From Rubripirellula sp. (lineage in GTDB: Bacteria; Planctomycetota; Planctomycetia; Pirellulales; Pirellulaceae): a stretch of DNA of 64,000 nucleotides. A program made the position numbers and the translations under genes. Numbering within the stretch: the first letter of the stretch is position 1; every line of letters begins with the position of its first letter. Below are positions 10,195-20,364 of the stretch, one piece after another. The notes under the pieces were generated by a model. That model had not been told where the DNA came from and did not search any database. It saw only the letters and a list, made by a program, of their open reading frames with translations. Location of the stretch: the NCBI GenBank assembly GCA_965216875.1, contig OZ244207.1:480001-544000 (forward strand). The letters are read 5' to 3'.

Positions 10195-12384
10195 ATGCGT
10201 CACCAACCAACACACAGCAGCTTGAATCCGGAAACCCGCACCGGCCAGCTGCGTCGTCGACGCCTGAGCCGTCTCGCACTTTGTTCTTTGATCACCATGT
10301 CGAGTGGATGTGGATGGATCAAACGCAAACTGCCTCCTGGCAAGTACGACACCAAAGCGTCCTACCATGACAACCATGGTTTGCAGATCGAGTATCCGGA
10401 AGTCGCGCAGTGCGCCGAAACGGAACCGACCGTCGCAGCAAAATCGGCAATCGATCCGCTTTCGCTGGAAGACCCCTCACAGATCCCGTCGTTCGACCTG
10501 ACGCTTGAAGAGGCGATCAAGATCGCAGTCGAGCAGAGCCCGGTGCTGCGTAGCATTGGCGGAACGGTGGTCGATGCACCTCAGGCAACACCGACGATCT
10601 ATGACCCAAGCTTGACCAGCGCAAGTCCTGTGCAGGGTACCGAGGCTGCTCTGGCAGCGTTTGACACGCAATTTACCCAGCAGCTTTTCTGGAACACCAA
10701 CGACCAGCCAAACAACCTGTTCTTCAATCCCGTTGTTGCCCAATTCCAAGCGAGTGTGCTTGAAGGTACCAACGCGACCTACTCGGGCGATCTTTCCAAG
10801 CAAACGGCTCAAGGTGCAAGTTTCGCCTTGCGACATGTTGTGAATTACACGCGCAACAACATTCCCAGTCGTGCGTTCTCGAGCGCGTTCGATGGATGGA
10901 TCGAAGCGGAGTGGCGTCAACCGTTGATGCAAGGCGCCGGCACGACCTTCAATCGTATCGCCGGTCCCAACAGTTTGCCTGGGCAATACAACGGTGTCTT
11001 GATTGCGCGAGTGAACGAAGACACGGCGCTGGCGGATTTCGAAGACGCGTTGGTCCAGCTGGTTTCGGATGTCGAACAGGCCTATTGGGATTTGGTCGTC
11101 GCCTACCGGGTGCTCGACGCAACCGTCAAAGGGCGCGAAGCCGCCCAGCAAACGTTCCAGTTCCAACAAGTGCGTTTGGAAGTGGGATCAGGACGCAGCG
11201 ACGAAGAAGCACAAGCTCGTTCGCAGTTCTATCAATTCCAGGCTCAGGTTGAAGCGACGCTAGGTGGGACTCAAGGCCTTTACGCACTCGAACAACGCCT
11301 GCGTTATTTGATCGGGATGCCAGCGACCGATGGCCGTTTGATCCGCCCGACAACCAACCCAACCGACGTGAAAGTTGTCTTCGACTGGGAAAGTGCGCTT
11401 GGCCAAGCGCTTGGGCGGCGCGTTGAAATTCGACGCCAAATGTTGCAGGTTCGGCGACGCGAAATGGAGCTGACCGCAGCGCGTTTGAATCTTCGTCCGA
11501 GACTTGATTTCCTGGCCCAATACCGTTGGCGAGGACTGGGGAACCATCTCATTGGCAGCACGACCCAGGGCATCATTGATCCCGGTACAGGCTTGCCCAA
11601 TTCCGGCAGTAACCTTTACGGCAACATCGCGAGTGGCGATTACCAGGAAGCCCAGGCCGGTTTCGAAATGAACTTTCCTGTTGGTTTGCGGACGGCAAGT
11701 GTCGCCGTTTCGCACGCCAAGTTGAACCTTCGTCGAGAACGCGCGCTGCTGGCCGAAACCGAACTCCGCGTCTCACACGATCTGTCCAGTGCGGCGCGAC
11801 AGGTTGCGTTGACGCACAAGTTGCTCGAAACAAACTACAACCGATTCGTCGCCGATATCCGCCAAGTGGACGTCTTGCGTCGTCGCTATCGGGACGGGAA
11901 CGACAACATCAACTTCCTGTTGCAGGCTCAGCGTCAAGCGGTCACAAGCGCGACCGAGTTCTACGTTTCGCTCGGCAATTACAACTTGGCCATTCGCGAC
12001 TTCCATCGCGAGAAGGGATCGCTGCTCGCGTACAACCAGGTTCAATTGGCGGAAGGCCCATGGGCAGCCGGAGCGAATTACTCGGCTCACCAAGTTGGTC
12101 GTTTCTTAGCGCCACGCCGTCATCCAGAAAAGACGTACGTGCCTGCACCTGTCGCACGCGGCGCGTTCGATCCGTCGGCGGTTCAGGACACGTCGGGCGC
12201 TTTGGGCACGGCGGGCGGATCGATGCCAACCGAAGTGATCGAGGCGGTCCCATCACCCGCCGAACCCGTTGCGGCACCCGAAGCAGACGCCGCCCCCGAT
12301 GCAATCATGCCCGATGCAGCCGAGGCGCCCCTGATTCCGCCAGCGCCAACCCCCGAGATCCCCGAGTTGCCGGCCCCGAAGTGA
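10195..12384 (+). CDS. TolC/outer-membrane efflux family lipoprotein with Pro/Ala-rich tail
   Basis: LTLEEAIKIAVEQSP, VEQAYWDL and LRPRLDF OEP repeats; lipobox-like SSGC. Confidence 0.85.
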   Translation: MRHQPTHSSLNPETRTGQLRRRRLSRLALCSLITMSSGCGWIKRKLPPGKYDTKASYHDNHGLQIEYPEVAQCAETEPTVAAKSAIDPLSLEDPSQIPSFDLTLEEAIKIAVEQSPVLRSIGGTVVDAPQATPTIYDPSLTSASPVQGTEAALAAFDTQFTQQLFWNTNDQPNNLFFNPVVAQFQASVLEGTNATYSGDLSKQTAQGASFALRHVVNYTRNNIPSRAFSSAFDGWIEAEWRQPLMQGAGTTFNRIAGPNSLPGQYNGVLIARVNEDTALADFEDALVQLVSDVEQAYWDLVVAYRVLDATVKGREAAQQTFQFQQVRLEVGSGRSDEEAQARSQFYQFQAQVEATLGGTQGLYALEQRLRYLIGMPATDGRLIRPTTNPTDVKVVFDWESALGQALGRRVEIRRQMLQVRRREMELTAARLNLRPRLDFLAQYRWRGLGNHLIGSTTQGIIDPGTGLPNSGSNLYGNIASGDYQEAQAGFEMNFPVGLRTASVAVSHAKLNLRRERALLAETELRVSHDLSSAARQVALTHKLLETNYNRFVADIRQVDVLRRRYRDGNDNINFLLQAQRQAVTSATEFYVSLGNYNLAIRDFHREKGSLLAYNQVQLAEGPWAAGANYSAHQVGRFLAPRRHPEKTYVPAPVARGAFDPSAVQDTSGALGTAGGSMPTEVIEAVPSPAEPVAAPEADAAPDAIMPDAAEAPLIPPAPTPEIPELPAPK

Positions 12385-12397
12385 TCGGTCGGTATCT

Positions 12398-12456
12398 GGG
12401 AGGGCGACGCTCCTGCGGAGCTTTAACGCACGGCTCGGCGGGAGCCTCGCACTCCC
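12398..12456. repeat. REPIN family F1 (GGAG-headed), copy 1
   Basis: GGGAGGGCGACGCTCCTGCGGAGC + spacer + inverted GGCTCGGCGGGAGCCTCGCACTCCC; 59 bp. Confidence 0.85.
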
Positions 12457-12467
12457 GAGTTTGCTTG

Positions 12468-12974
12468 CTACTCCCAACGCAGGTCGTAAATCATTCCTGA
12501 GTAGGGCCATTCCTCTGGATGGTCGACCAACTCGGCGCGCACCGGATTCCAATGAATGTAGTTCCATGCGCGCTCGTATTCCTGTTGCGATCGGACCCTA
12601 CGATCCCAGTGATCTGTCTGCCATCGATGTTGGCGGTCGCCGTGTCTTTTGGTGAACTGAGATTTCCAGTATCGCACCCAGCTCTCGATCGTGAGGTCAC
12701 CGAACTCGCCAGCGAATAAGTGAATGTGCTCCGGCATGATCACGTAACGTCCAACTCGCCAGACATCGGCTTGCTCCCACACGTCGAACAGTAGATTGCG
12801 GACGTCATCATTGTCCAACCACGGCGAGCGGCGATGAGTGCAGACAGTGACGCACACGATGGTTGGCTGATATGCGAACCCGAGAGTCCCGTGAACGGGG
12901 TGGCGTCTTTGAAGGTTTTGTTTGGCGGACGATGAGGCTGAGAGTGAGCCTGGCGCGCGGTTTTGGTCTTTCAT
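12468..12974 (-). CDS. rayT: REP-associated tyrosine transposase (RAYT, Y1 HUH family) 1
   Basis: VTVCT, YVIMPEHIH (HUH), WQTDHWDRRVR, YIHWNPVRA (catalytic Tyr), WPYS; F1 REPs on both sides. Confidence 0.9.
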   Translation of the reverse strand: MKDQNRAPGSLSASSSAKQNLQRRHPVHGTLGFAYQPTIVCVTVCTHRRSPWLDNDDVRNLLFDVWEQADVWRVGRYVIMPEHIHLFAGEFGDLTIESWVRYWKSQFTKRHGDRQHRWQTDHWDRRVRSQQEYERAWNYIHWNPVRAELVDHPEEWPYSGMIYDLRWE

Positions 12975-13073
12975 GAACTGTGCCCCTCAGTTCCTGGTGA
13001 ATCAACTTCTTTCTATACGAATTGTATCCCTCGCACGTATTCGGTTCGCAGCATTTTTCGGGAGGGGCCTTTC

Positions 13074-13236
13074 GGGAGGGCGACGCTCCTGCGGAGCTGT
13101 AGCATGCGGCTCGGCGGGAGCCTCGCCCTCCCGGCATTCGATCCCTGAAACGAGTCTTGGAATTGGCAGCATTGGTTGGGAGGGCAACGCTCCCGCGGAG
13201 CTGTAGCTTGCGGCTCGGCGGGAGCCTCGCCCTCCC
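13074..13236. repeat. REPIN family F1, copies 2 (13074-13132) and 3 (13178-13236)
   Basis: Near-identical 59-bp units to 12398-12456. Confidence 0.85.
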
Positions 13237-13262
13237 GAGTCTGATCCCTAGCCGGGCGCACG

Positions 13263-13294
13263 AAAAAAGCTCGCCAGAATTCTCTGACGAGCTT
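13263..13294 (-). terminator. Terminator downstream of tRNA-Pro
   Basis: AAAGCTCG...CGAGCTTT hairpin; T6 tail on the minus strand. Confidence 0.7.
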
Positions 13295-13306
13295 TGTTTC
13301 TTACGG

Positions 13307-13382
<76 letters not shown>

Positions 13383-13691
13383 AGGCGTGTGGCAAACCGC
13401 GTCGGGTTTGTCACTTCAGTGAGAGGCACAAAATAGCGGACAAAGCCTTTTCGCGAAAGGTTCACTTGACCCCGCATTTTCCGGGCTTTGCGTCATTTCG
13501 AAAAAAAACTTTTCGGAGCAATGACGTTTTTCGACATCCCCAAAGCAACGTCGGTGATGCGGTTGGCTCCACCGAAAGCGACATCCTACGGGCCCTATTC
13601 TGCTCGGAGGGCACGAAAGTCTGCCTACTTTCGGCGGAGCGAACAGCACATGGAATCGCTCAGATGGATGAACATCTGCTCTGATAGTATC

Positions 13692-13725
13692 AAAAACGCC
13701 CCCCCTGGCTATGCCGGGGGGGGCG
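13692..13725 (-). terminator. Intrinsic terminator of the DUF1559/lipoprotein operon
   Basis: CGCCCCCCC...GGGGGGGCG GC stem with T5 on the minus strand, just after the 13742 stop. Confidence 0.75.
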
Positions 13726-13741
13726 ATAAAGTCAAATTTAA

Positions 13742-13918
13742 CTATTCGCCAACACTTTGCGTGGCTTCAATCTCGGCGTCACCTGCCTCAATTGCCGCCC
13801 AATCAATGCCTTCGGGCGCTTCCAGCTTTTGTGCCTGAGAATTGTCAGCACAACCGGACACATGGATAGCGGCGATCACGAACAGGGCAGTCGCGGCAAA
13901 TCGAATGAGTTTGCTCAT
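13742..13918 (-). CDS. Small (58 aa) acidic lipoprotein
   Basis: [23 protein letters not shown] lipobox; ATGA overlap with the DUF1559 stop. Confidence 0.75.
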   Translation of the reverse strand: MSKLIRFAATALFVIAAIHVSGCADNSQAQKLEAPEGIDWAAIEAGDAEIEATQSVGE

Positions 13919-15069
13919 TGATTGAATTCCTCGGTCACGACTTCTTTCGACCGAATCGTTCCCAATGCACCCCAAAGCCCGTAGGGACTTTCGATGCCCA
14001 CGTTGCCGTAGTTTCGCGAGACGCTTTGGGACGATTTGTTGCCAGCTTCCACCGAATCCGAAATGAATTGGACCGAACCGTCAGCAAACAACACGTGCAC
14101 ACCACCTTGGTGATGGCTCGCAACGCTGAAGACGCCCGACTGCCAGCCCGTTCCCCAGCCAATTGGGCAGGTGGGCGAGTTGGGTGGCAGGACGGTGTTG
14201 AAGCCAGTGATCATCAAGTGAGCGTTCCACCATCGGCCGCCGCGTGAGGTACCGCCACTTTGCCAGATTGGGACGCTTTGGTCGATGAACTGAGGACGCT
14301 CAGGATCTCGGACCGAATCGCAAAGCGAAGGGTCGGCGCCCATCGCATTGCCACTGAAGTGGTCGTTTCGGACGACCGATCCGCCAACGTTGCGATCGCC
14401 GAGGTCGGTTTTGATTTCGCCCATCGCAACCGTGTTGGCCAATCCATCGAGGATGTCACGGAACTTGACCGGTTCCTCACGTCGGAACATGCCACGATGG
14501 ACACCGCGGTCGACCCATTGGCTCGAGGGATCGTAGCCGACGCGCAAAATCGCATCGCCATGACAAAACGCGTAGTTGGTTTGGCCTGTTCCAAGTGGTG
14601 ATTGACCGGGATCAGAGGGACAGCGCAACGTTGGTGTTTGCATTTGGTACGGATCGTACTCATTCAAGTCGGTCCAAGGTCGCGGACCAAAGGGAGGCCA
14701 AGCGCCATTGGCCATCAGCGTTGTTCCCGGGTCGGGAGTCTCGCCTGGTTCTGGCATCAATGGGTTGGACATCATCTCCCAAAGTGCTTGCTGTTCCATG
14801 AAAGGAAGCAAACCGATGTTGGCCGAGAGGAATCGCGACACATTGTGTTGCGGGCCCGTTCCGTTTGGATTGATCTGCTTGTAAGCCGAGTGATAGTTGT
14901 GCATCGCCAAGCCAATCTGCTTGAAGTTGTTGCTGCACGACATTCGACGAGCTGCTTCGCGGGCTGCCTGGACAGCTGGCAAAAGGAGTCCAACAAGGAC
15001 GCCGATGATGGCGATCACTACTAGTAGTTCGACCAGTGTGAACCCAGAGAATGGTTTACGTCTGTTCAC
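13915..15069 (-). CDS. DUF1559 protein with prepilin-type N-terminal cleavage/methylation motif and H-X9-DG motif
   Basis: [54 protein letters not shown] start at 15069. Confidence 0.92.
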   Translation of the reverse strand: MNRRKPFSGFTLVELLVVIAIIGVLVGLLLPAVQAAREAARRMSCSNNFKQIGLAMHNYHSAYKQINPNGTGPQHNVSRFLSANIGLLPFMEQQALWEMMSNPLMPEPGETPDPGTTLMANGAWPPFGPRPWTDLNEYDPYQMQTPTLRCPSDPGQSPLGTGQTNYAFCHGDAILRVGYDPSSQWVDRGVHRGMFRREEPVKFRDILDGLANTVAMGEIKTDLGDRNVGGSVVRNDHFSGNAMGADPSLCDSVRDPERPQFIDQSVPIWQSGGTSRGGRWWNAHLMITGFNTVLPPNSPTCPIGWGTGWQSGVFSVASHHQGGVHVLFADGSVQFISDSVEAGNKSSQSVSRNYGNVGIESPYGLWGALGTIRSKEVVTEEFNQ

Positions 15070-15410
15070 GTCCACCGCCTTCTTAAGATAGGGGAATGAG
15101 GTAGGAAAGAAGGGAAGAGTGGCGGTTGATCTCACCGATCGGTCGATTCCCGCCACCACGACCCAAGAGCGACCCCCCAGGACATTGGACTAAGAATTTG
15201 CAAAAAAGGAAAAGAATGTGACATTAGCCCAGCTTCAGTGGGGAAGCAGGTCACACAGTGGCAAGGCCCCGTCCGATGTTCGAGCGAATGCAGAATTCGG
15301 GCAATCAACATGTCCAAATGTTCCTGTTTACGCTCTTTCAAGATGGACCCGTTTCGGGTTTGCGAAACGTACGCCACTGCGCTCGTCGAAAACGTGATGA
15401 GAAGTCAGCC

Positions 15411-15995
15411 ATGAACAACGAAAACGGATCGGACCAAGACGGCGGTCGCCATCCATCCCCCGACATGGATGGGCCTTCCCCAAACATGGATGAATTTGTG
15501 CAGCTGTTGGCGGCCAATCAAAAGCGGGTCTACATCTATCTATGCAGCCTATTACCCGGCGCACGCGACGTGGATGACTTGTTTCAAGAAACGAGCCTTG
15601 TCTGTTGGCGCGAGTTTCACCGATTCACACCGGGTACCAATTTTGGTGCCTGGGCATGTACGATCGCCTTTAATCGCGTGCGTGCATGGCGCAAGAAACG
15701 TAGCAGCGACTCATTGGTCTTTAGCGACGAGTTCCTCACCGCGATTTCAAGCGAGTTGATCGAGCATGACGATGTGTTCGTGGACCGAATGGACGCACTC
15801 GAATCGTGTGTTGAGAAACTTCCTCAGCATCATCGTCAACTACTCAAACAACGTTACACGGCAGAGGAATCGATTGAGACGCTGGCCGAGCAGCTTGATC
15901 GATCCACTGATGCCGTATACCGAATGCTGAGCCGCATCCGAGCCACACTTCATAGTTGCGTCAGCCGAACACTCCAGGCTGGAGAAACATCGTGA
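15411..15995 (+). CDS. ECF sigma-70 factor (Rhodopirellula/Verrucomicrobium type)
   Basis: DDLFQETSLVCW, GTNFGAWACTIAFNRV, VYRMLSRIRATLHSCV. Confidence 0.88.
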   Translation: MNNENGSDQDGGRHPSPDMDGPSPNMDEFVQLLAANQKRVYIYLCSLLPGARDVDDLFQETSLVCWREFHRFTPGTNFGAWACTIAFNRVRAWRKKRSSDSLVFSDEFLTAISSELIEHDDVFVDRMDALESCVEKLPQHHRQLLKQRYTAEESIETLAEQLDRSTDAVYRMLSRIRATLHSCVSRTLQAGETS

Positions 15996-17443
15996 GCGAA
16001 AATCAAAAACAATATGAGCTTCTTCGCGACCTCGTGCTGGATGGACGGGCGACACAGGAAGAGGTCGACCAGCTCGAACAGCTCGTGCTTCAATCAAGTG
16101 AGTTGCGTCGGGACTATGCCGAGCATGCGCACCTGAACGCTGCACTCGCCTCGCATGCCGCACAACCGCCCGCCGTGATGCCGCCCGACATTGCTTCGGC
16201 AGGTAGCGACGACGCGCAAGCACTCGTGACCCCGCGATCAGCCAACCGTCATTGGGTCGGTAATCTGATCACACTCGCCGCCTGCATCGCGATGACGGTG
16301 GTTGGCACGTGGTACTGGATCGTTGCGCAAACACCCGATTATGCCTACATCCTGTCGACCGAGAATTGTCGTTGGGAGCAGTCGACTTTACCGACAAGCC
16401 CCAATCAGCCGCTAGGCGCGGGACGGCTCAAGCTCTCCGATGGGATTGCAACGCTGCGGTTTCCGCTGGTCAACGTCACGCTTGAAGGTCCGGTCGATTT
16501 CGAAGTGATCGACGATCGACATTGTCGCGTTCATTCAGGACGTGTCTTTGCGAACGTCGAAAAGGGAGGAGACGGTTTCGTCATCGAAACGCCCACCGCA
16601 ACACTCACGGATCGTGGCACGATGTTCGGTGTCAACGTTCTTGATTCGGGGGATTCCGATTTGCGAGTGGTGCATGGTGAAGTCGACGTTGCACCAGTAA
16701 CTCAAGACAAAGTTGTGACCGTCAAGAAGAACGAGAATCTGCGCATCACGCTCTCGGGCGTTGGCCCGATCGAATCGGCTGGTGAATCGAGTTTTGCGGA
16801 CACGATCTCGCAGCGCCCCGATACCTCCTTCCGATCGATTCAGATCTCAACCGCGATCGGCGCCGGCGATGATGCTTACATCAGTCGCAAGGAACTCCCG
16901 GCCAAGAGTTGCTCGGACGTTGCACTGCTGGTCAAACGCCCGCCCGCTGACGCGCCAGAGAGTTGGGGGCGGAAGTGGCAGCGCAAAGCGTTTTTGAAGT
17001 TTGACCTGTCATTGTTGGGCGGTGAGGAGATTCAAGACGCAACCTTGCAGTTGTACGGAGTCGCAACGGGAATGGGGTTTGCCTCGCTGATGCCCGACGC
17101 AACCTTTGTGGTTTATGGATTGACCGATGAAGGGCAAGACGATTGGACGCAGAGTTCGATTCAATGGGCTACGTCGCCAGCACAAGACCGCGACGAGTTG
17201 GATGTCGATCGGTCAAAGGTACAACTGCTCGGCAAGTTTCAGTGTCTGCAGTCGCAGCCGACGGGGCGTTTCGAGATTTCGGGTGCCGCACTCGCCGAGT
17301 TTTTGCGCAGTGACACCAATGGGATCGCAACACTGATCATCATCGGCCAGACCGTGGGCGAAGGGGAAGCCTACGTCCACGGATTCGCAAGCCGACGCCA
17401 TCCCGAATTGCCCGCGCCAACCCTTCGGTTGCGCGTGAAGTGA
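15992..17443 (+). CDS. FecR-type membrane anti-sigma factor with C-terminal DNRLRE/CBM96-like domain
   Basis: Single TM; GFVIETPTATLTDRGTMFGV FecR motif; DDAYI...RKAFLKFDLS...PTLRL C-domain; GTGA overlap with the sigma stop. Confidence 0.8.
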   Translation: MSENQKQYELLRDLVLDGRATQEEVDQLEQLVLQSSELRRDYAEHAHLNAALASHAAQPPAVMPPDIASAGSDDAQALVTPRSANRHWVGNLITLAACIAMTVVGTWYWIVAQTPDYAYILSTENCRWEQSTLPTSPNQPLGAGRLKLSDGIATLRFPLVNVTLEGPVDFEVIDDRHCRVHSGRVFANVEKGGDGFVIETPTATLTDRGTMFGVNVLDSGDSDLRVVHGEVDVAPVTQDKVVTVKKNENLRITLSGVGPIESAGESSFADTISQRPDTSFRSIQISTAIGAGDDAYISRKELPAKSCSDVALLVKRPPADAPESWGRKWQRKAFLKFDLSLLGGEEIQDATLQLYGVATGMGFASLMPDATFVVYGLTDEGQDDWTQSSIQWATSPAQDRDELDVDRSKVQLLGKFQCLQSQPTGRFEISGAALAEFLRSDTNGIATLIIIGQTVGEGEAYVHGFASRRHPELPAPTLRLRVK

Positions 17444-17468
17444 TGGTCCGAAGCAATGTGAGCAGCCC

Positions 17469-17544
17469 GTAGCTACGCTCGCCAGAGCGTGGTGCAGTGT
17501 CGATCGGTTTGCGTGAAAGACCACCTTCTGGCGAAGGTAGCTAC
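17469..17544. repeat. REPIN family F2 (GTAGCTAC-headed)
   Basis: GTAGCTACGCTCGCCAGAGCGTGG ... CCACCTTCTGGCGAAGGTAGCTAC between convergent genes. Confidence 0.88.
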
Positions 17545-17582
17545 GGTGCAACTGAGCGACTTCTAGACTTTCAGCCAGGTGG

Positions 17583-18950
17583 TCAAGGACGCTCGATGCA
17601 ATAGAGCGTCTTTGCACCTCGCAGGAACAACTGATTTCCGGCGATGGCGGGCGAAGCATCAAATCGCTCGTCAAGCCGGTTGGTTGCTTCGACTTCGACG
17701 CCGCCCCCACGGCTATGTTTGATCACCAACGTGACACCATTGCGTCCCACGATGTAGATGTGTCCTGACGCCGCAACGAGTGATGCATAGACATTCGATA
17801 GCCCATTCAGCCGAGATCGCTTGATCACTACATCGCCATTACGCGTTTCGACTGCCGAAAGTATCGCTTGATTCGATTGGGTGTAGTAGAGCACGCCGTC
17901 ATAGAGAACGGGCGAAGGCACGTAGGGTGTGCCCCCTTCCTTTGACCAAAGGATTTGGTCGCTTCCTGAGATGTCACCCTGGGCGGATAGGGGCAACGCA
18001 AGAAGCGAATAGCCTTGGTAGCCGCTCATGCAATAGACATGGTCACCATCGATCACTGGGTTGGGGATCACGTTTCCTGTCAGCCCGCTGCACTGCCAAA
18101 TGATCGATCCATCGGACAAGTCGTAGCTGCGAACAAAGTTTGACGCTGCGGTAACGACTTGGACCCTACCACTGTGCCGCACGATGCGCGGCGTCGCCCA
18201 GGCGTTTGGCTCATCACGATCCTGCTTCCAAACGGTGTCGCCCGTAGCCGCGTCGAGCACTTCGATACTCGATTGCCGTGAATGATCACGAACGATCACC
18301 AAGCGATCCTCGTACACGACCGGCGAGCAGCCTTCGCCCAAACTGGCGCCCATGTGCGCCTTGCCAAGATCACGTTGCCATAGCAGGTTGCCTTCCAAGT
18401 CGTAGCAGAACATCCCGGCGGAACCGAACCAACAGTAAAGGCGTTTGCCATCGGTGATGGGTGATGCCGACGCAAAGTCGTTGTCGTTGTGATGCCCTTC
18501 GTGGGGAACTTTCTCGGTCGCGACCTTACGCCAGAGCGTTTGGCCGGTCGCTCGATCAAGACAAAGCACGATGAACTGATAGGACGTGTTGGGGAATTTG
18601 ATACCAAAGACGCGTTTGGGTTGATCTTCGGGCTTCGGCAACGAGGGATCGACTTTGCCTGTGTTGAGTGCCGTCAAAAGAAACACCCGGTCACCCCAGA
18701 CGATTGGTGTCGAGCTACCTGAACCTTCGACTTCAACTTTCCAGAGAAGGTTCTCGTCTTCGCTCCAGGTCAAAGGTGGGTTTGCTGCAAGCGATGCGCC
18801 GGTTGCGTCGGGCCCTCGCCATTGATGCCAGTTGTCAGCGATTTCCTGACCAGAGAGTGATGGAGCACCGACACAAAGCGACAGTATCAAAGCACAAAGG
18901 AACCGATCAATCACTGCATCCAACTCGAAACGGGAGTCACTGGAGGGCAA
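17583..18950 (-). CDS. PQQ-like (BamB-type) beta-propeller repeat protein
   Basis: NWHQWRGP, SSTPIVWGDRVF, ASPAIAGNQLFLRG repeats typical of planctomycetes; start uncertain. Confidence 0.85.
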   Translation of the reverse strand: MPSSDSRFELDAVIDRFLCALILSLCVGAPSLSGQEIADNWHQWRGPDATGASLAANPPLTWSEDENLLWKVEVEGSGSSTPIVWGDRVFLLTALNTGKVDPSLPKPEDQPKRVFGIKFPNTSYQFIVLCLDRATGQTLWRKVATEKVPHEGHHNDNDFASASPITDGKRLYCWFGSAGMFCYDLEGNLLWQRDLGKAHMGASLGEGCSPVVYEDRLVIVRDHSRQSSIEVLDAATGDTVWKQDRDEPNAWATPRIVRHSGRVQVVTAASNFVRSYDLSDGSIIWQCSGLTGNVIPNPVIDGDHVYCMSGYQGYSLLALPLSAQGDISGSDQILWSKEGGTPYVPSPVLYDGVLYYTQSNQAILSAVETRNGDVVIKRSRLNGLSNVYASLVAASGHIYIVGRNGVTLVIKHSRGGGVEVEATNRLDERFDASPAIAGNQLFLRGAKTLYCIERP

Positions 18951-19131
18951 CTCGTTTGCCGATCGAGTTGCGTGTTCAGGAAGAGTTTAGACGATTCCGG
19001 TCACTGACCCCATCAAGCTAGCCGCTAATTCGTGCAATCCGTCTGATTCGTGGCCAAGGTCTTCTTTTCCGGTCTATTGCAGCTGGGAGAGTGACCGAAA
19101 CTTTGAACTCGTCGATACATAGCGATACGTG

Positions 19132-19371
19132 TTAGCTGTCGCCGAGCTCGCTTAGGGCCTCGAGCAGTGCGCTATGTTCGTCTTTGCAACAGGGGCACTG
19201 CTCGATGTGTCGTTTGACCGCAATCAGCGCGTCGGGGATTTCGCTGCCGGCGAGTTCCAGTTCCACGAATTCGGCAAGGTGCTCAAAACACTTGTCGCAA
19301 TCGAGCGCATCATCGCGTGCTTGCGCAACACGCTTTAAGAGCGCTTTGGTGTCTTCTTCGGAAAGGGTCAT
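19132..19371 (-). CDS. Small zinc-binding (ZAS/zf-HC2-like) cytoplasmic anti-sigma factor
   Basis: CDKC and HIEQCPCC (HxxxCxxC); directly after an ECF sigma; GAGGA RBS. Confidence 0.75.
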   Translation of the reverse strand: MTLSEEDTKALLKRVAQARDDALDCDKCFEHLAEFVELELAGSEIPDALIAVKRHIEQCPCCKDEHSALLEALSELGDS

Positions 19372-19381
19372 GTCATGTTCC

Positions 19382-20053
19382 TCACGCAAACGCTGTCGTC
19401 AGATCTTCTGCGACGATCCCCGCCTTTTCGAGGCCTTGCCGTAACTTCAGTTTCGCATCGTGGATCAGTTTGTAAACCGAATTTCGGTTGCTGCCGCTTT
19501 TTTCCGCGATCACTTCGACTGGCATTCCCGAGAGTGACGAACGAATCGCAAAACGTTGTTTCTCGGTGAGTTCACTATCGATCAGCTCTTGTAGTTTTTC
19601 CAACAACGACTGACGCTCAAGTTTCGTATCAACCTGCTGGCTATCATCAACTGCGACATCGATCTTCATGGCGTCCTCGTTCGAGAACGCGTCGATCGAG
19701 ACATCCTTGTAATGCCGTCTTCGCATTTCGCTGATCGCCGTTCGGGTGGCGATGGTCATTGCCCAGGTCGTAAACCGACTGCGGCCAGCGAATTGGTCGA
19801 GCGAATCCAGGATCTTCAACAGCGCTTCTTGCACCACATCATCGGGTTGCAGTTTCCCGCCATAGCGGGCCGACATCGACTTGGACAATCCACGTACCAG
19901 CAAGTCTCGTAACTCTTCGATCGCGGCTTGTTGGTCAGGTGAATCGGCGCGCAGCCGCTTCACCCACGCATTGTCCATCGTCCCATCTCGAGTGTTAGCG
20001 GTGGTCACGTCATTGCTCTCCAAACCATCGACGCAGTCCAAATGGGTCGCCAC
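19382..20053 (-). CDS. ECF sigma-70 factor
   Basis: DDVVQEALLKIL, FAGRSRFTTW, NRNSVYKLIHDAKLKLR; true start may be 20008 or 19978. Confidence 0.88.
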   Translation of the reverse strand: MATHLDCVDGLESNDVTTANTRDGTMDNAWVKRLRADSPDQQAAIEELRDLLVRGLSKSMSARYGGKLQPDDVVQEALLKILDSLDQFAGRSRFTTWAMTIATRTAISEMRRRHYKDVSIDAFSNEDAMKIDVAVDDSQQVDTKLERQSLLEKLQELIDSELTEKQRFAIRSSLSGMPVEVIAEKSGSNRNSVYKLIHDAKLKLRQGLEKAGIVAEDLTTAFA

Positions 20054-20364
20054 TGATCAATCGGTCAAGTTAACAGATCGACCAGATTAGGTTTGGTTAC
20101 AAACGTGATTCGCCGCCTACGAATCTGACGCCCATCGGCTAAGAAGCCTTACGAAAAACTTTTGAAAAAGAGGATAAGAGTCCCCGAGATTCAAATGGCC
20201 AACGACTCGCTCATTCCGTCATGGGCTCGGTTTGCCGTCCCAAACGGTCGTGTTTTGGGCGACACAAAGAAAAAGTGGTCCAGCCCCGTAAGAGACCATC
20301 GGGGCGATGCGTCCCAAAAACATCCCAACCGCATTCCTTTCTTTCATTTGAGAGTTATCGAGCG

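Noticed and set aside
12468..12974. IS200/IS605 insertion sequence
   Set aside because: No tnpB; flanked by multi-copy REP doublets and carrying RAYT-type WQ/NP/WPYS motifs (the same reasoning applies to 27985-28569)
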